Translations under genes and position numbers: made by a program
NCBI GenBank assembly: GCA_038046385.1
Contig: JBBSWH010000006.1
Span: 96,001 to 160,000, forward strand
Source of the DNA: Nanobdellota archaeon
GTDB taxonomy: Archaea > Nanobdellota > Nanobdellia > Woesearchaeales > GW2011-AR4
DNA: 64,000 nt
Direction of reading: 5' to 3'
The notes under the pieces: generated by a model
What the model saw: only the letters and a program-made list of their open reading frames with translations
Databases searched by the model: none
What the model was told of the DNA's origin: nothing
Part shown: one piece after another, positions 10,199-20,276 of the stretch
How positions within the stretch are numbered: the first letter of the stretch is position 1
How the letters are laid out: each line of letters starts with the position of its first letter

Positions 10199-11719
10199 AT
10201 GGACATAAAAAAACTTTCTGAAAGCCTGAATCCGTCTGAAAGAAAAGTCCTCAAGGTTTTGGACAGTTTTCAGTCAATCTCTGAAATAATGAAAGTCACT
10301 GGGCTAAAAGATGTAGAAGTTGTAAGATCACTGCAGTGGCTGCAAAACAAGCATGCTGTAAAAATTGAAGAAACGCAGAAAGAGGCCGTTGTTCTTGATG
10401 AAAATGGAATAAAGTACGCAAAATACGGATTGCCGGAGAGGATTTTTCTTGAAGCGCTCGACAAGCCGCTTACGCTTGAAGAGCTTGGCAAAAAATCAGG
10501 CTTGAGCAGCGAAGAGGTTGCAATTTCTTTAGGAGTTTTAAAGTCAAAAAATGCAGTTGAAATAAAAAAAACTGTGTCAATCGTTGTTTCCATAACAGAG
10601 CACGGAAAGCATATGCTGAAAAAAGGATTCCTGGAAGAAAATTTTCTGAAGGGAACATTTCCGAAGGAAGTTTCAGCACTTTCAGAAGAAGAAAAATTTT
10701 CTGTTGAAAATCTTAGAAAGAGAAAAAGGATAATAACGGTGCAGGCCTCCAAGGTTTTGACTGCAACATTAACTGAAACAGGGAAAAAACTGCTCAAGGA
10801 GAAGCTTGACGAAGAGCTTATTGAGAAAATAACTCCTGCAATGATAAAATCAAAATTATTCATAGGTAAAAAATTCAGGAGATATGATGTAAAAGTCAAT
10901 GTTCCTTCAATATTCGGGGGAAGGAAGCAGCATTACAAGAGGTTTCTTGATGAAGTCCGTGAAAAATTCGTTGCTCTTGGATTTGAGGAGCTTTCAGGGC
11001 CTATTGTAGAAAGCGATTTCTGGGATATGGATGCGCTGTTCATGCCGCAGTTCCATTCTGCAAGAGACATTCATCAGGGATATTACATAAAAGACCCGAA
11101 ATACGCAAAGGATTTGCCGGAAGACAAGGTAAAAAATGTAAAAGCTGCACATGAAAACGGCTTCGGAACAGGGTCAAAAGGATGGAGATACGATTTTGAT
11201 GTCAAAAGAACGCACAGGCATATTTTAAGAACGCATGACACTTCAATATCGGCAAGAATGCTGGCATCAAATAATCTTAAGATACCCTGCAAGCATTTCC
11301 AGATAGCAAGATGCTTCAGGTATGATGTTGTTGATGCAACTCATTTGCCTGATTTCAACCAGGTTGGCGGGATAATTGCAGAAGAGAACATAAATTTCGG
11401 GCACTTAAAATCATTATTGAGGCTTTTTGCAAAAGAATTTGCAGGAACTGAAGAAATAAGAATAAAACCAAGCTACTTTCCATTCACAGAGCCTAGCGCA
11501 GAACTGCAGGCAAAGCATCCTGAATTAGGATGGATAGAATTAGCCGGATCTGGCATTTTCAGGCCGGAACTTGTAAAGGCACTTACAGGAAAAGACACTC
11601 CAGTCATAGCCTGGGGAGTCGGGCTTGACAGATTAGCGATGTTCAAGCTTGGAATAAAGGACATAAGGCAGCTGTTTTCTCATGACCTTGAATTTTTGAG
11701 AAATGCGAGGGTGATATAA
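10199..11719 (+). CDS. pheS: Phenylalanine-tRNA ligase alpha subunit (archaeal type)
   Basis: N-terminal wHTH repeats, DALFMPQFHSARD, YFPFTEPS, GIFRPE, AWGVGLDRL. Confidence 0.96.
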   Translation: MDIKKLSESLNPSERKVLKVLDSFQSISEIMKVTGLKDVEVVRSLQWLQNKHAVKIEETQKEAVVLDENGIKYAKYGLPERIFLEALDKPLTLEELGKKSGLSSEEVAISLGVLKSKNAVEIKKTVSIVVSITEHGKHMLKKGFLEENFLKGTFPKEVSALSEEEKFSVENLRKRKRIITVQASKVLTATLTETGKKLLKEKLDEELIEKITPAMIKSKLFIGKKFRRYDVKVNVPSIFGGRKQHYKRFLDEVREKFVALGFEELSGPIVESDFWDMDALFMPQFHSARDIHQGYYIKDPKYAKDLPEDKVKNVKAAHENGFGTGSKGWRYDFDVKRTHRHILRTHDTSISARMLASNNLKIPCKHFQIARCFRYDVVDATHLPDFNQVGGIIAEENINFGHLKSLLRLFAKEFAGTEEIRIKPSYFPFTEPSAELQAKHPELGWIELAGSGIFRPELVKALTGKDTPVIAWGVGLDRLAMFKLGIKDIRQLFSHDLEFLRNARVI

Positions 11720-13395
11720 TGCCGGCAATATTATTTTCATTAAATGATCTGCAGCATCTTGTAGGCAAGAAGCTGGATATTGAGGAACTAAAGCAACTTG
11801 CGCATTATGCAAAAGCAGATATTGAACATTATGATGAAGAAGCTGATGAAATTAAGATAGAATTTGGAGATACAAATCTGCCATATTTATGGTCTGTCGA
11901 GGGGTTTGCAAGATTTTTAAAGGGAATTCTTGGAATATCAAAGGGAATTCCAAAAATAAAAATTGAAAAGGGGCCGTATAAGGTTATTGTTGACAAAAAC
12001 GTGATGGAATGCAGGCCGTATATATCCTGCTTTGCCGCAAAGGGCAGCAAAATAAATGACTATCTTTTGAAGCAACTGGTTCAGCTGCAGGAGAAATTCT
12101 GCGAAGGCTATGGGAGAAGAAGGCAGAAAGTTTCTATTGGATTGTATTCTTATGACAAGATAACTTTTCCGGTGAATTACAAATGTGTCTCGCCAAAAAC
12201 AGAATTTATTCCGCTTGAATTCAAGTCAAAGATGAATCTTAAGGAGATTCTTACGGAACATCCAAAAGGGAAAGAATATGCCTATGTCCTTAACAAGCTT
12301 GAAGAATATCCTGTCCTCATAGACGATAAAAATGAGATATTAAGCTTTGTCCCTATAATAAATTCAAATTTCACCGGCAAGCTTGAGATTGGAGATGAAA
12401 ATCTTTTTTTTGAAGCCACGGGAACTGATGAAGAATCCGTAAACCTTGCTGCAAATATTTTTGCATATTCACTTCATGAGCGCGGGTTTAGTATTTATTC
12501 TGCAGAGATAAAATATCCTGACAGAAAAATTGTTTCCCCTGCGCTAGAATGCGACGAGATAAAAATAAAAAATGGAGATATAAATAATATTTTCGGGATG
12601 GAGATAAAAGAAAAAGAAGTAAAGCATCTGCTTGAAAAAGCGTCTTATGAATTTGAAAACTGGAACGTAAAAATACCTTCTTACAGAAAAGACATTCTTC
12701 ACGCACGAGATGTTATTGAAGATATAGGGATAATGTACGGATTTGACAAAATAGAAGACAAGCCCCTTGAAACATTTACTGTCGGAAAATCACTTGCAAT
12801 AAATGAGTTTATCGTAAAGATAAGAGAAATTCTTGCAGGAATCGGATGTCAGGAAATATTGAGCCCTATGCTTACAAACAAGGAATTTCTTTACAAGAAA
12901 ATGAACATTTCTGATTTTGGAACAATAGAAATAGAGGAATACATGTCAGAAACTTATTCTGTTATCAGAAGCTGGGTGCTGCCAAATATGATGGAAGTAT
13001 TGTCAAAGAACAAGCATGTTGAATACCCGCAAAGAGTTTTTGAAGAAGGAATTGTAAACAGAAAAAAGAATGATACAATTGAAGAAAATTATTCTGCCGC
13101 AGTTGCTGTTTCGCATGAAGACGCAAATTACACTAATGTAAGGCAGGCGCTTGATTACATTGGAAGATTAATTGGAATAGAGTTTGACTATGCAGAAGAA
13201 TCACATATGTCTTTTATTGAAGGAAGGTGCGCGATTGCAAAGGCAAGAGGAAGGAATATTGCAATTCTTGGAGAAATAAATCCCGCTGTGCTTGAAAACT
13301 GGAATCTCGAGATGCCTGTTGCTGCGATGGAAATCAATTTAACAGAATTGTTTGATGTTGTGAACAGCAAACATAATGGAAAAGCTGCAAAATAA
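11719..13395 (+). CDS. pheT: Phenylalanine-tRNA ligase beta subunit
   Basis: LWSVEG, PIINS, PSYRKDILH..DVIEDIGIMYG; overlaps the pheS stop. Confidence 0.94.
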   Translation: MPAILFSLNDLQHLVGKKLDIEELKQLAHYAKADIEHYDEEADEIKIEFGDTNLPYLWSVEGFARFLKGILGISKGIPKIKIEKGPYKVIVDKNVMECRPYISCFAAKGSKINDYLLKQLVQLQEKFCEGYGRRRQKVSIGLYSYDKITFPVNYKCVSPKTEFIPLEFKSKMNLKEILTEHPKGKEYAYVLNKLEEYPVLIDDKNEILSFVPIINSNFTGKLEIGDENLFFEATGTDEESVNLAANIFAYSLHERGFSIYSAEIKYPDRKIVSPALECDEIKIKNGDINNIFGMEIKEKEVKHLLEKASYEFENWNVKIPSYRKDILHARDVIEDIGIMYGFDKIEDKPLETFTVGKSLAINEFIVKIREILAGIGCQEILSPMLTNKEFLYKKMNISDFGTIEIEEYMSETYSVIRSWVLPNMMEVLSKNKHVEYPQRVFEEGIVNRKKNDTIEENYSAAVAVSHEDANYTNVRQALDYIGRLIGIEFDYAEESHMSFIEGRCAIAKARGRNIAILGEINPAVLENWNLEMPVAAMEINLTELFDVVNSKHNGKAAK

Positions 13396-13492
13396 AACAC
13401 TGCTCAATAAAATAAAATTCATTAACTAAGAAATTTAATTAAAAAAATAAAAAAGAAATTAAAATAATAAGATAATAAAGCAAGAAAAGATT

Positions 13493-14029
13493 TTATTCTT
13501 TCTTAACAGATTTTTTTGCAGCAGGCTTCTTCTCCTTTGGCTTTTCTTCCTTTGCTGCTTCCTTGTGCTCGTGAGCGTGGTCATGCCCTTCATGTTTATG
13601 GTCGTGCGGGTGATCATGCGCATGCTCCATTTTCGGCTCGGCTGCTGCTGCTTTTGCTTCAAGGCTTGCTTCTGCCTTTTTCTTTGGCTTAAAGACATTT
13701 CTTAGTTTTTTCTTCTCTTCCTTCTGAACCTTCAATTGGTCAGGGGTCTTTCTTTTTTTCTTTGGCTTTTCTGTTTTTGGCTTTGGTTTTGTCTGCAAAA
13801 CTTCTATTCCTACTTCCTTCAATGCCTTTGCGACTTCAGAATGGGATGCGTTCTTTGCTATCTTGACTGATTGATTGATAGGCTCAAGGTGCATTATGTT
13901 GCACTTTCTCCTTCTTGTCTCTCCGTCAAGCAATACGAACTTGTGATCCAGAATGTCAACTATTACTGCTTTCTTTCCTGCGTCTCTTCCTGCTGTCTTA
14001 ACAACCAATCTTCCTATTTCCAATGCCAT
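13493..14029 (-). CDS. rpl14e: 50S ribosomal protein L14e with long Lys- and His-rich C-terminal extension
   Basis: EIGRLVVKTAGRDAGK...RRRKCNIMHLEP. Confidence 0.93.
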   Translation of the reverse strand: MALEIGRLVVKTAGRDAGKKAVIVDILDHKFVLLDGETRRRKCNIMHLEPINQSVKIAKNASHSEVAKALKEVGIEVLQTKPKPKTEKPKKKRKTPDQLKVQKEEKKKLRNVFKPKKKAEASLEAKAAAAEPKMEHAHDHPHDHKHEGHDHAHEHKEAAKEEKPKEKKPAAKKSVKKE

Positions 14030-14165
14030 TTTTATCCTCCAGTCACTTTTGATGAAAAGGTAAGAAAAAGCTATTGCCTTTCAAACCACTTCATTCGGGA
14101 TGATGTCACCATTCATCCAAGTGATTTCAATTTATTTTTTTGATAATAGTGATTAATGAATATGT

Positions 14166-14432
14166 TTATGGTATTACACTGTCAACTATTTTCTTTCTCA
14201 TGCATCTGCTGCATAGTACGCCGCCAAAAGGCCTTTGAGGGCGCTTTTTGGTCTTTGCAAGGTTCTTCATCTTATATGGCAAGACTCTTGGAACTGCCTT
14301 TAATACATCACCGCAACCTGAGCAGATTGCTGCTTTAGGCTTCTTTTTACTAAAATGTATGACTGTTCTTCCGCCTGGAAGTCTCCTTGACACTTTCCTT
14401 AGGCTTGTTGACCTTAATCTTGGTGCTGGCAT
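14166..14432 (-). CDS. rpl34e: 50S ribosomal protein L34e
   Basis: LPGGRTVIH, CSGC...RPQRPFGGVLCSRC. Confidence 0.95.
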   Translation of the reverse strand: MPAPRLRSTSLRKVSRRLPGGRTVIHFSKKKPKAAICSGCGDVLKAVPRVLPYKMKNLAKTKKRPQRPFGGVLCSRCMRKKIVDSVIP

Positions 14433-14504
14433 AGATATTGGAATAAGTTCTTGATTTATAAAGGTTATTACTGCACTAGTTGGATTATAAAGTTAGATTC
14501 TGTT

Positions 14505-14672
14505 AAGTTTTACCATCGTTCGCATGTAATGTGGGTTTATATTGCAAAAATTCCCACTGGAACGCTAAAAAATCATAGATTTTTGGCGCACCAAAAACGC
14601 AATGCGTTTTTTAGTGCTTCCTTTTTGCTGAATGTTTAATTAAAAGATGCTCACATCTTGATGGCAAAACTT
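14505..14672. repeat. Structured intergenic element family A, copy 2
   Basis: Terminal IR AAGTTTTACCATC/GATGGCAAAACTT, same GTTCGCAT...ATGCTCACAT junctions as 1549-1660, with two extra internal hairpins. Confidence 0.7.
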
Positions 14673-14738
14673 ATATTATCAACAACTCCCCTTTATATCA
14701 TAATCTTTAAATATACCCGTACTAAGTTGAACTCTGTA

Positions 14739-15215
14739 ATGTTAAGTGAAAAAAGAGGAGTTTCTCCATTAATAGCTACCATTCTTTTGATAGCTTTTGC
14801 AGTAGCCTTAGGCTCTGTAGTCATGAATTGGGGATTGAATCTGCAGATTGGGCAGCCAAATGATCCCTGCAGAGAAACAGAGATAAAAATAAGGGAAATA
14901 GACAGCGGACAAGTCTGCTACGGCGGGTTTGGATCGAGCAGCTACATAAATTTTATACTTGACAATTCCGGCTCTTCTGATGTAACAGGGCTTGCAATAT
15001 GGATTGTTGGCGACAGGGGAACAAGCCTTGTGGAGCTTGACGGGATCAGCATAAAAACAGGCTCGCTGTATGAAAGGCGCGACAGGGACATAAAATACGA
15101 TCTTGGAACTTATGGCAACATAAAAGAGGTCCAGTTTATACCAAAAATAGCCGGATCAAGCATATGCCCAAAGAAAGCAATAAAAGGAACAAAAATAAGA
15201 ATATGCTCTCAGTGA
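14739..15215 (+). CDS. Archaeal type IV pilin/archaellin-like protein
   Basis: KRGVSPLIATILLIAFAVALG class III signal. Start moved to ATG 14739, downstream of TATA box TTTAAATA at 14706. Confidence 0.85.
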   Translation: MLSEKRGVSPLIATILLIAFAVALGSVVMNWGLNLQIGQPNDPCRETEIKIREIDSGQVCYGGFGSSSYINFILDNSGSSDVTGLAIWIVGDRGTSLVELDGISIKTGSLYERRDRDIKYDLGTYGNIKEVQFIPKIAGSSICPKKAIKGTKIRICSQ

Positions 15216-15229
15216 AATTAGAATAAAAA

Positions 15230-15991
15230 TCAGTAAACTTTCAAAACCTTTCTTAGAATCATTGTGAATATTATTGACGACCAGATGTAAACTCCAAGCC
15301 ATCCGAACCAGTCCTTGTACCCTATTGGAAGTATTGTTCTTTTCGTGTATGACAGCTGGATTGTTTTTATTGCACCGTCTGTCTTCTTTGTTTGCGGGAG
15401 ATATTTTCCGCTGTCGGTTATCAGAACATCTCTCTGCTGTTTTTCCTCGTTATAAATCACATCTACTGTATGCGTGCCTTCACTTCCCTTGAGTTTCCAG
15501 GATACAATTGAATTTTCTATTTTCTGCGTCTTGTTGCCGGATACAATAAGTTCTTTTGGAACTTCTATCATAACATTTCCTGCTGCATTTTTATCCAGCA
15601 TTGCTGTCAAAGTAAATTCCTGATTTGGATGGATGCTATCGAATGCAAAAACGTGGCTCATCCAGCCGAATATTATGAATATCGGGATTATTGTAATAAG
15701 TGTTGGTTTAAAGGAATGACTCATGTATTTCATGTTGGATTCCATTGCCTTTTTCTGGACTTCCATTGCCCTTGCAGGATTGCTTCTTAATTCCTTTATC
15801 TGCTTCTGGTAGTCTTTCATCTCTTCCTTGAGCTTTTTCATGAGCTCCTGGTTTGTCATGTATTTTGTGACAATAATGATTAGCACAGAAACAAAAAGCG
15901 AGATTAAAGTCACTGCCAATGCAGGATTTAATTTTAGAATGGGAGCAAATACTATGTTAAGAAAATCGTAATAAGCCATACTTTTACCCAC
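15230..15991 (-). CDS. DUF106 / EMC3-TMCO1 (Oxa1 superfamily) membrane protein with extracellular insert
   Basis: TM helix, coiled coil, KPTLITIIP, C-terminal GWLGVYI..SIIF..ILRK; canonical position downstream of secY. Confidence 0.85.
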   Translation of the reverse strand: MGKSMAYYDFLNIVFAPILKLNPALAVTLISLFVSVLIIIVTKYMTNQELMKKLKEEMKDYQKQIKELRSNPARAMEVQKKAMESNMKYMSHSFKPTLITIIPIFIIFGWMSHVFAFDSIHPNQEFTLTAMLDKNAAGNVMIEVPKELIVSGNKTQKIENSIVSWKLKGSEGTHTVDVIYNEEKQQRDVLITDSGKYLPQTKKTDGAIKTIQLSYTKRTILPIGYKDWFGWLGVYIWSSIIFTMILRKVLKVY

Positions 15992-17399
15992 CCATAAATT
16001 TACGCATCATGGGGTTCATATCCATCATGTGCTGCTTTGCAATGTCCTCATAAAGCCTGTAGACTATCATTACTGTAAGCAATATTCCTGTTCCGCTTCC
16101 CAATGCGCCTGTAAGATCTGCAAATGACGCAAGGAATCCGACTGTTATGGCGCCCATTATTGTCAACGGCCATATGTACCTGTTCAATAATCTTTCAAGA
16201 ACTCTTTCATCTTTTCTAAATCCAGGAATTTGAAGCCCTGATGATATCATCTGCCTTGCCTGTGATTTTGCATCCATGCCTGCTGTCTGGACCCAGAAGA
16301 GGCTGAACATTACGCTCCCCAAAATGAAGAATAAGACATATACGAGAGCCTGAAGGTATGCTGTTGCCCCGATAAAAATAGTGTGCTGCTGGATGATATT
16401 TGTAATGACTGGGGTGCCCTGAAGCCAATAAACCAATCCTGAAACCGGCTGGCCTGATGATGCTGAAAAAGTTCCCAGCCATGCATGGCCTGTATTCTGC
16501 AATAATCTTCCCCAAAGCTGGAAATTTGCAATGAGCGCTGCAACAAGTATGACCGGAATATTGGATGTATAAACAAAAGACAACGGCCATCTTATTCCAT
16601 GGCCTCTGACCATTCCGAATGACAATGGTATCTCAACCTTCATAGATTGTGCATAGACTGCTATTGCAAAAACAAGAACTGTAAAGAAGATTGCAGACAG
16701 CATTATCATTGCAGTTGTTACGTCGCCTGCAATAAGGCTCTGGAAGAAAGCAGGCACTGCGCCTGATGAGTATGTTGCCCCCTCAACGCCGCCAGGGCCT
16801 GGAAGCCAGTTAAATGCCCTTATGAAAATGCTCTTGCTGACGCCTGCGGCTATAAACAGCGAAATGCCGGAGCCGAAGCCCCACTTGCTTGTGACTTCAT
16901 CCAAAAACATAATCAAAAGACCGCCGAGGAAAAGCTGGAATATCAAAAGAAGCTGAAGCTGAAAATAAAACGAAGTTCCAAGATATTGCTCTGCCGGAGC
17001 CAATCCTCCCATGAATACGTAGATTGCGCTCTCAAAAACTATGAAGAACAAAGAAAGGAATTTTTGCGTTCCCTGAAATGATCTTTTTCCGTCAGGTGTT
17101 TGAAGGTCAAATTTTATGATGCCGGATCCGTTAAGAAGCTGAAGCACGATTGATGATGTAACAATAGGGCCTATTCCTAATGAAATAATTGATCCAAACT
17201 CTGCTCCAAGTATGATAGACAGTGTTTCGAATCTTTGGAGCGCATTTATGCCAAGGCCGAACAAAGGCAACAGACCAAGAGTGAAGAATATAATAAGCGT
17301 TACAAGGGTCCACTTCAGCTTTTCCCTGAATGAAAGAGTCTTTTGTGTTGGCCCTTCAACTTCGGGAAGATTTGAGATTATTGTTTGCCAGAGCGACAT
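15984..17399 (-). CDS. secY: Preprotein translocase SecY
   Basis: LGIGPIVT, KWGFGSGISLFI, YTSNIPVIL, QIPGFR, GTGILL. Confidence 0.97.
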   Translation of the reverse strand: MSLWQTIISNLPEVEGPTQKTLSFREKLKWTLVTLIIFFTLGLLPLFGLGINALQRFETLSIILGAEFGSIISLGIGPIVTSSIVLQLLNGSGIIKFDLQTPDGKRSFQGTQKFLSLFFIVFESAIYVFMGGLAPAEQYLGTSFYFQLQLLLIFQLFLGGLLIMFLDEVTSKWGFGSGISLFIAAGVSKSIFIRAFNWLPGPGGVEGATYSSGAVPAFFQSLIAGDVTTAMIMLSAIFFTVLVFAIAVYAQSMKVEIPLSFGMVRGHGIRWPLSFVYTSNIPVILVAALIANFQLWGRLLQNTGHAWLGTFSASSGQPVSGLVYWLQGTPVITNIIQQHTIFIGATAYLQALVYVLFFILGSVMFSLFWVQTAGMDAKSQARQMISSGLQIPGFRKDERVLERLLNRYIWPLTIMGAITVGFLASFADLTGALGSGTGILLTVMIVYRLYEDIAKQHMMDMNPMMRKFMGG

Positions 17400-17449
17400 T
17401 TTGATAAAAAAGAATTGATATTTTTTAAATCTATTGGAAAATTACAATA

Positions 17450-17896
17450 TTACTTTGCTATTGTAACTTCGCCGCCTGCTTTGCTCACTTTTTCTATTGC
17501 GGATTTTGATGCATAAGGTGTGTTTATCTTGAATTTCATTGAAACTCTGCCTGATGCGAGCAGTTTATTGTAACCAAGGCTTTTAAGGTCAACAACATAA
17601 AAACCATTCTCATTTTTTATTGACTTTGCTTCAAGGTATTTGTTGATATGAATTTCAATGTATCCGATGTTTACAGAGTTTATGTCGGGTGTTCTTGACT
17701 TGCTTATGAAGCCGTGCTTTCCAAAGTAATTCGCGTCTGCCCATACGCTTGGCTTCTTTGAATCAGCCCTTTTTCCGGAGCCTGCCATTCCTGCGCCGCC
17801 CTGATGGCCTTTTCCCCTGTGCTTCTTCTTTGAGCCCCATCCGTGCGTCGAGTGGCCTCGCTGCCTTACGTTCTTGCTTCTTTTGTTGATTGTCAT
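17450..17896 (-). CDS. rpl15: 50S ribosomal protein L15
   Basis: THGWGSKKKHRG.G..GG.G.AG; ends AGGEV. Confidence 0.95.
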   Translation of the reverse strand: MTINKRSKNVRQRGHSTHGWGSKKKHRGKGHQGGAGMAGSGKRADSKKPSVWADANYFGKHGFISKSRTPDINSVNIGYIEIHINKYLEAKSIKNENGFYVVDLKSLGYNKLLASGRVSMKFKINTPYASKSAIEKVSKAGGEVTIAK

Positions 17897-17897
17897 T

Positions 17898-18362
17898 TTA
17901 CAGCATCCTCTTGATTAATTTGTTTACTTCGGCTCCCCTGTATCCAATGGCGCCGCCGTTTGTGTATGTATGCTTGATTCCTTTTTTCTCAAATCCGCCT
18001 TTTGGCGGGCTTAATCTGAAAAATTTCTTTATCTTTTTTCCGTTGATTGTGACAAAATCGTTGCTTGGGATAAGCCCTTTTGCATCCTGCTCATCTCCCT
18101 TGAATTCTTCTCCTTTCTTTTGGACAAGCAGATTATAAGTTTCCTCGTCAATTTCTCCCCAGGTTATGTAGTCTTTTGCTTTTCTTATCATACCCTCATA
18201 AGTTGGGTTGTTTGGGAAAACGTAGCAGTAGTTTTTTCTGTAAAGCCTTAATTGTGTAAGTGTTTTTGCTATGTCAGAATGTATCTGTGTTATTCCCCTT
18301 ACTCTTATTGCTGCCAATCTTGTTGTGTTTGGCTCAATCTGTTTTTTTTGTTCTCTTACCAT
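17898..18362 (-). CDS. rpl30: 50S ribosomal protein L30 (archaeal long form)
   Basis: IRVRG, DYITWGE, FRLSPPKGG, GYRG..NKLIKRM. Confidence 0.94.
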   Translation of the reverse strand: MVREQKKQIEPNTTRLAAIRVRGITQIHSDIAKTLTQLRLYRKNYCYVFPNNPTYEGMIRKAKDYITWGEIDEETYNLLVQKKGEEFKGDEQDAKGLIPSNDFVTINGKKIKKFFRLSPPKGGFEKKGIKHTYTNGGAIGYRGAEVNKLIKRML

Positions 18363-18363
18363 T

Positions 18364-19263
18364 TTACATCCTTGCCTTTATTGCGCCTTCTATAATCTTT
18401 AGTTCGGCTGCTTTTTTATCATCGAGCTTGAATTCTGTCAGCTTCTGCAGTGCCTGAAAGCATGCGAAAAGCACGTTTAGCTTGCTTCTTGTCTGGCCTT
18501 CTGCTTTTGACCATACATCCTTTATGCCTGCAAGCTTCAGTATTTTCTGGCATTCCTTTTCTGCTTTTAATCCTGTTCCTTTAGGAGCAGGAAGCAAAAA
18601 GATTTCACATGACCCTACTTTGCCTGTTACTTTGAAAGGCACTGTATGCGGGTCGCCGCATCCGCAGCCCCAGTCTCCGCATCCTCTCTTGATTTTTATG
18701 ATATTCATCTTTGCCTGCCTTATTGCTTTTTCCCTTGCAGGAACTGTTTCCTTTGATTTTCCGTAACCTATTCCGACATATCCGTCGCTGTTTCCGACAA
18801 CTGCAAAGGTTGAGAATTTAGGCTTATTCCCTTCCTGAGTTTTCTTCTGCGTCTGCTTAAAAATTCTTTTTGAACCGCCGCCGAATTTACCCTTTGACTG
18901 GCCGACCATCAGCAAATCTGTTGATAGGTTTGGAAGAAGTGCATCGACAATTTCAGGCTCAAGTATCTTAATTCTTTTATCCAGTACGTAGTCTATGCTC
19001 TTTATCTCGCCGCTCTTTACCTTTATTCCCAAAGACGTCTTTGGCTTCCATGTATCTTTTTCAAAAGCGTCTTTCTTTTTTATTTCATCAACTATTTCTT
19101 CTTCAAGCTCCTTGACTTCGCCCATTTCTGTTGCAAGCCCTTCTTTTGGAACTTCTATGATTGGCTCTTCTTCTGTTGCTGCAGCTACTGCTGCTTCCTG
19201 TTTTTCAGCTGCTTCGTTTAAAACTGCTGCTTCTGCGTTTTCTTCCTTTTTCTTTTTAGTCAT
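18364..19263 (-). CDS. rps5: 30S ribosomal protein S5 with acidic N-terminal extension
   Basis: WKPKTSLG, VVGNSDGYVG, GCGDWGC, PAPKGTG. Confidence 0.95.
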   Translation of the reverse strand: MTKKKKEENAEAAVLNEAAEKQEAAVAAATEEEPIIEVPKEGLATEMGEVKELEEEIVDEIKKKDAFEKDTWKPKTSLGIKVKSGEIKSIDYVLDKRIKILEPEIVDALLPNLSTDLLMVGQSKGKFGGGSKRIFKQTQKKTQEGNKPKFSTFAVVGNSDGYVGIGYGKSKETVPAREKAIRQAKMNIIKIKRGCGDWGCGCGDPHTVPFKVTGKVGSCEIFLLPAPKGTGLKAEKECQKILKLAGIKDVWSKAEGQTRSKLNVLFACFQALQKLTEFKLDDKKAAELKIIEGAIKARM

Positions 19264-19832
19264 TTGATTTTTACCTTTATTTCGTTGAAATGCGAAACCA
19301 GATTTTCCGGCTGCAGTCCTTTTTTTAGATATACTGAAAAGTATTTTTCGTATTTTGCCTTGTCTGCTTTCATTGCTGATGCAAACTTTGCAATATGATC
19401 TCCTGATAGCCTGTCTTTTGAAGGCAAAATCTCTTTGTCGGCAGGTATTGAAAGACCTGAATCGAGTGCGCCTGCAAGAGTTGCATAGATTCTTGATCCC
19501 TTGACAGAATTGTTAAACCCTATGTCAAGGATTGCTTCCTTTATTCCCTTTGCCTGCGCCTGCTTGCCTGCCATAAATCCAACAAGGTATGCGCTTGGTA
19601 TGTTTCCGTTGTCTGCTTTCCATCCAAGCTTTGCCAATGCTTTTGAATTAACTGTCAGCAAAATTTTATCGCCTTTTGGGCTGTACTCTATCAATGAAAC
19701 GTGAAGGTTGCTAAGTGATTTTCTGACTACGAACCTTGGCCTGTCTGAAAGAAGCGTCTTTATTCTTTTCTTGTAATGCGTCCTTCCCTGCCTTTTTCTC
19801 CTGTAAGGGATGTTCTTTATTGAGTCTTTCAT
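19260..19832 (-). CDS. rpl18: 50S ribosomal protein L18
   Basis: RRKRQGRT.Y, RFVVRKS, N.PSAYL.G, AILDIG. Confidence 0.95.
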   Translation of the reverse strand: MKDSIKNIPYRRKRQGRTHYKKRIKTLLSDRPRFVVRKSLSNLHVSLIEYSPKGDKILLTVNSKALAKLGWKADNGNIPSAYLVGFMAGKQAQAKGIKEAILDIGFNNSVKGSRIYATLAGALDSGLSIPADKEILPSKDRLSGDHIAKFASAMKADKAKYEKYFSVYLKKGLQPENLVSHFNEIKVKIK

Positions 19833-20275
19833 TTTTTAATCAATCCCCTTTCCTGAATATAAAGCTTCAAGTGGCCGATGCTTCTGAAAAATCCGCCCTT
19901 GCTTTTCATATAAAGCTCGTGATAAACTGTTGTTGAAATCATTGATTTGTCCCTTAAATTCTTGATGTGTCCCCTTTGAAGCCTTATTTTGTTCATCCAT
20001 GCTCTTTTTGACGGGGTTCGTGCTGTCTTTTTTCCTTTTCTTGAACCAACACCTTTTCTTTTTCCCTTGCTCTTCTGCTTTGCATTGATTCTTGCCCAGT
20101 ATTTTGATGTGTTAAGCAGCCTTCTTGTTGAAATTGCTCCGCTGTTGATAAGTATCCTTATGTCTGTCTTGGTTATTGCTTCCTTTATTTCGGTAAGCTT
20201 TTCCGGATCAAACTGTATCCTGTTGATTCCGCATTTCAATATTCCCGCTGCCAGTCTTCTTTGAACCCTTAACAT
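19829..20275 (-). CDS. rpl19e: 50S ribosomal protein L19e
   Basis: QRRLAA.ILKCG, GSRKGKKTAR, LYMKSKGG. Confidence 0.96.
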   Translation of the reverse strand: MLRVQRRLAAGILKCGINRIQFDPEKLTEIKEAITKTDIRILINSGAISTRRLLNTSKYWARINAKQKSKGKRKGVGSRKGKKTARTPSKRAWMNKIRLQRGHIKNLRDKSMISTTVYHELYMKSKGGFFRSIGHLKLYIQERGLIKK

Positions 20276-20276
20276 T

